A stretch of DNA of 62,585 bases, counting the filler, from Hausera hauseri (lineage: Eukaryota), in the NCBI GenBank assembly GCA_046269625.1. It is 11 parts of 11 records of this genome, joined end to end, with 100 filler letters (N's around TTAATTAATTAA, not from the genome) between each part and the next. Parts side by side here need not be neighbours in the genome. Positions count along the whole stretch, not along the records: positions 56,947 to 62,585 come from JBJURY010215855.1; 10 more parts are not named here. One strand, 5' to 3'. Position numbers and translations under genes: made by a program. Positions 60,143 to 62,585 of the stretch are shown here, piece by piece. Each line of letters opens with the position of its first letter. The first letter of the stretch is position 1. A model generated the notes under the pieces. It had not been told where the DNA came from. It was given only the letters and a program-made list of their open reading frames with translations, and did no database searches.

Positions 60143-60208
60143 TACTAATCATGGAAAATCCACATAAATTAAATTCTAAATTTAAAACACTTAATCTGCC
60201 AAACTAGT
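60143..60208 (-). tRNA. trnL1: Mitochondrial tRNA-Leu (UAG)
   Basis: ACTAGTTTGGCAGA.. with anticodon loop TTTAGAA. Confidence 0.92.
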
Positions 60209-61391
60209 AACATTAATTTATGCTCCATTAAAGTCCTTTCGTACTAATAACAAAAAAAAGAAGATAGAAACCAACCTGGCTTACGCCGGCCTGAACTCAA
60301 ATCATGTAAAATTTTAAAGGTCGAACAGACCCAAAAGAAATAAAACCTACCCCAATCCTTTATTTTAATTCAACATCGAGGTCGCAAACAACTTTATCAA
60401 TAAGTACTCTCCAAAATTATAACGCTGTTATCCCTGAGGTATCTTCATCTTATAAACAACATAAAAAATCAAAAAACCAAAAAGAAAAGTTAATAAAAAT
60501 TAAAGTTTAAACTTTTAAAAATCACCCCAACTAAATAAATTAATAAAATAAATCAACCAAAAAAAAACTTTAAAAAATTATAAAGATCTACAGGGTCTTA
60601 TCGTCCCTCACAAAAACTTAGGCATTTTAACCCAAAATTTAAATTAAAAAATAAACTCCCAAAAAAGATTTTTCTTCGTCAAACCATTCATTCAAGACCT
60701 CAATTAAAAGACTAATTATTATGCTACCTTAGCACAGTTAAATTACCGCGGCCATTTAATATATCCCAATCATAGAGCAGGACCAACCTAAAAAAAAAAC
60801 AATAGAACATGTTTTTGATAAACAGGCGAGAAAATAAAATTTGCCAAATTATTTAAGAAAAATTAACAATTTTACTTATTTAAACAAAATAAAAAAAAAG
60901 AAAAAATTTTATTAAAACTCCCAGTATAAAAAAAAATAAAAAAAAAAATCATAATTAATCTTCAACGAACTTAAAAATGATAAAAGAATTTAATCCAACA
61001 AAACTAAACAAAAAATAAATTATTTTTATTTCACAAAGCTTACCCCTCAAAAAATTAGAAAAAAAAAAGAAAAAGATTAACTAAATACTCCAAAAAAAAA
61101 TCCTTAATTAAATTAAAATCCCAGAAAACCAGATATAAAATATACGAATTTCATATCAAAACTTAGAAAAAATTAAAAAGCCCAATAAAACGAAAAATAT
61201 CAATAAAAACCAAGATCATAAACTTTCGGGAAAAATATAATAAATAAAAAAACTCAATCAACCCTGATACAAAAGGTACAAAATAAACCTTTACTTTTAA
61301 AATAAATAATATTAATCCTTCACAGTACAAATAAACTACCTGAAATATCCATTTAATTTTAATCAGATAAAAAACAATAAAAAAATCAATA

Positions 61392-61425
<34 letters not shown>
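60209..61425 (-). rRNA. rrnL: Mitochondrial large subunit rRNA (16S); 5' end approximate
   Basis: Conserved blocks on the + strand: CCGGCCTGAACTCAAATCATGT, CAACATCGAGGTCGCAA, CGCTGTTATCCC, ATGTTTTTGATAAACAGGCG, CCCTGATACAAAAGGTACA. Confidence 0.97.
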
Positions 61426-61494
61426 CCCCAAAAACCCAAAACTACTTCACAAAAAACCTTTCTTTTAAATAAAACCAAAAACACCTGAATCCCA

Positions 61495-62270
61495 AGTACA
61501 CCCTCCGGTACACTTACTTTGTTACGACTTATCTCAATTTTTGAGAGTGACGGGCGATATGTACATTCACCAGAACAATATTCAACTAATTAAATAAAAA
61601 AAATTACTAACAAATCCAAATTCAATGAAAATACAAATAAACATATCCCAATATAAACTTTAAAGTAACCCATAAAAACCATCTATACAACTGCACCTTG
61701 ACCTAACATACAATCAATAAAAATTTAAGAAAATCTGCTCACACAACATTCAACGACAGAGATATACAAGAAACAATAAAGGTTAAACCAATCGTGGACC
61801 ATCAATTTAATTTACAGGTTCCTCTAAACTGAAAAGTAAACCGCCAAATTATCTGAATTTCAAGAAAAATTTTACTACCCAGGAAATTTAAACCTCAACT
61901 AAAATAATAGGGTATCTAATCCTAGTTTAAAAACAAGATTAAGAAGAGAAAAAACTAATTAACAAATAAATTTCACCTAAATTAATTAAATCAAAAAACA
62001 AATAAATAAACTCCACCCCCGAAAAATTTAATTTATTAATGAAGTATAACCGCGAATGCTGGCACAACATTTTACTTAAATCAAATATGATAGCCCCCAA
62101 TTTATTACTATTAAAGAATTAAACACTGAAAAAGAAAACCTTAATCATTCAGAAAATTTAAATTAAATCTGAAATCAACACATGCACAACCTCCTAAAAA
62201 CCAAATTAATAAACTAAAATTAAACTTTATATTCTAAAACAAAAAAACGGTACTTAAATAATTTAAAACT
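61495..62270 (-). rRNA. rrnS: Mitochondrial small subunit rRNA (12S); ends approximate
   Basis: TTGTTACGACTTATCTC, GAGAGTGACGGGCGATATGTAC, AATAGGGTATCTAATCCTAGTTT, ACCGCGAATGCTGGCAC. Confidence 0.97.
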
Positions 62271-62293
62271 ATCTCTAACCCAAATACCCAATC

Positions 62294-62585
62294 ATTAAGA
62301 AAATTTCATATCTTCAGCCAGATAATTGACCAGATTAAGAAAATTTCATATCTTCAGCCAGATAATTAACCAGATTAAGAAAATTTCATATCTTCAGCCA
62401 GATAATTAACCAGATTAAGAAAATTTCATATCTTCAGCCAGATAANNNNNNNNNNNNNNNNNNNNNNNNNNNNNNNNNNNNNNNNNNNNNNNNNNNNNNN
62501 NNNNNNNNNNNNNNNNNNNNNNNNNNNNNNNNNNNNNNNNNNNNNTTGACCAGATTAAGAAAATTTCATATCTTCAGCCAGATAA
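62294..62585. repeat. Mitochondrial control-region 40-bp tandem repeat, interrupted by a 100-N scaffold gap
   Basis: Unit CCAGATTAAGAAAATTTCATATCTTCAGCCAGATAATT(G/A)A; about 3.8 copies before the gap and 1 after. Confidence 0.95.

Noticed and set aside
62294-62585. 40-bp repeats as a CRISPR array
   Set aside because: Head-to-tail identical units with no spacers, no cas genes, and located in the mitochondrial control region.

Overview
This is not one locus. It is a concatenation of 11 short eukaryotic (animal) contigs of about 4-9 kb, joined by an artificial 100-nt linker (44 N + TTAATTAATTAA + 44 N, stops in all six frames). Adjacency across linkers carries no biological meaning. Contigs 1-10 are AT-rich nuclear DNA dominated by decayed mobile elements: a mariner element, a Tc1 fragment, piggyBac, a Ulp1-protease/zinc-finger (NeSL-like) relic, a BEL/Pao LTR element, three copies of a CsRn1-like Gypsy family, an element with a chuvirus-like glycoprotein, Maverick/Polinton (adintovirus-like) PolB and ATPase fragments, a non-LTR RT and SINEs. 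They also carry intronless, degenerate host-gene fragments (ROCK-like kinase, C1-THF synthase, PNKD/glyoxalase II-like, DPAGT1, CDC23) and one intron-containing F5/8C/fucolectin-repeat gene. Contig 11 is part of an arthropod (insect-like) mitochondrial genome, from nad4 to the control region. The most unusual observations are: (1) a BEL/Pao Gag with an N-terminal ubiquitin/FUBI-like domain ending in LKGG, and two CCCH zinc fingers where CCHC knuckles are expected; (2) a chuvirus-like fusion glycoprotein encoded upstream of, and in frame with, a retroviral-type aspartic protease; (3) a PNKD-like sequence inserted inside an MTHFD1 copy within a same-strand mosaic of gene fragments; (4) a conserved slippery site plus pseudoknot and doubled CHCC knuckles in three Gypsy copies. 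All family calls come from motif recognition by eye; no searches were run.
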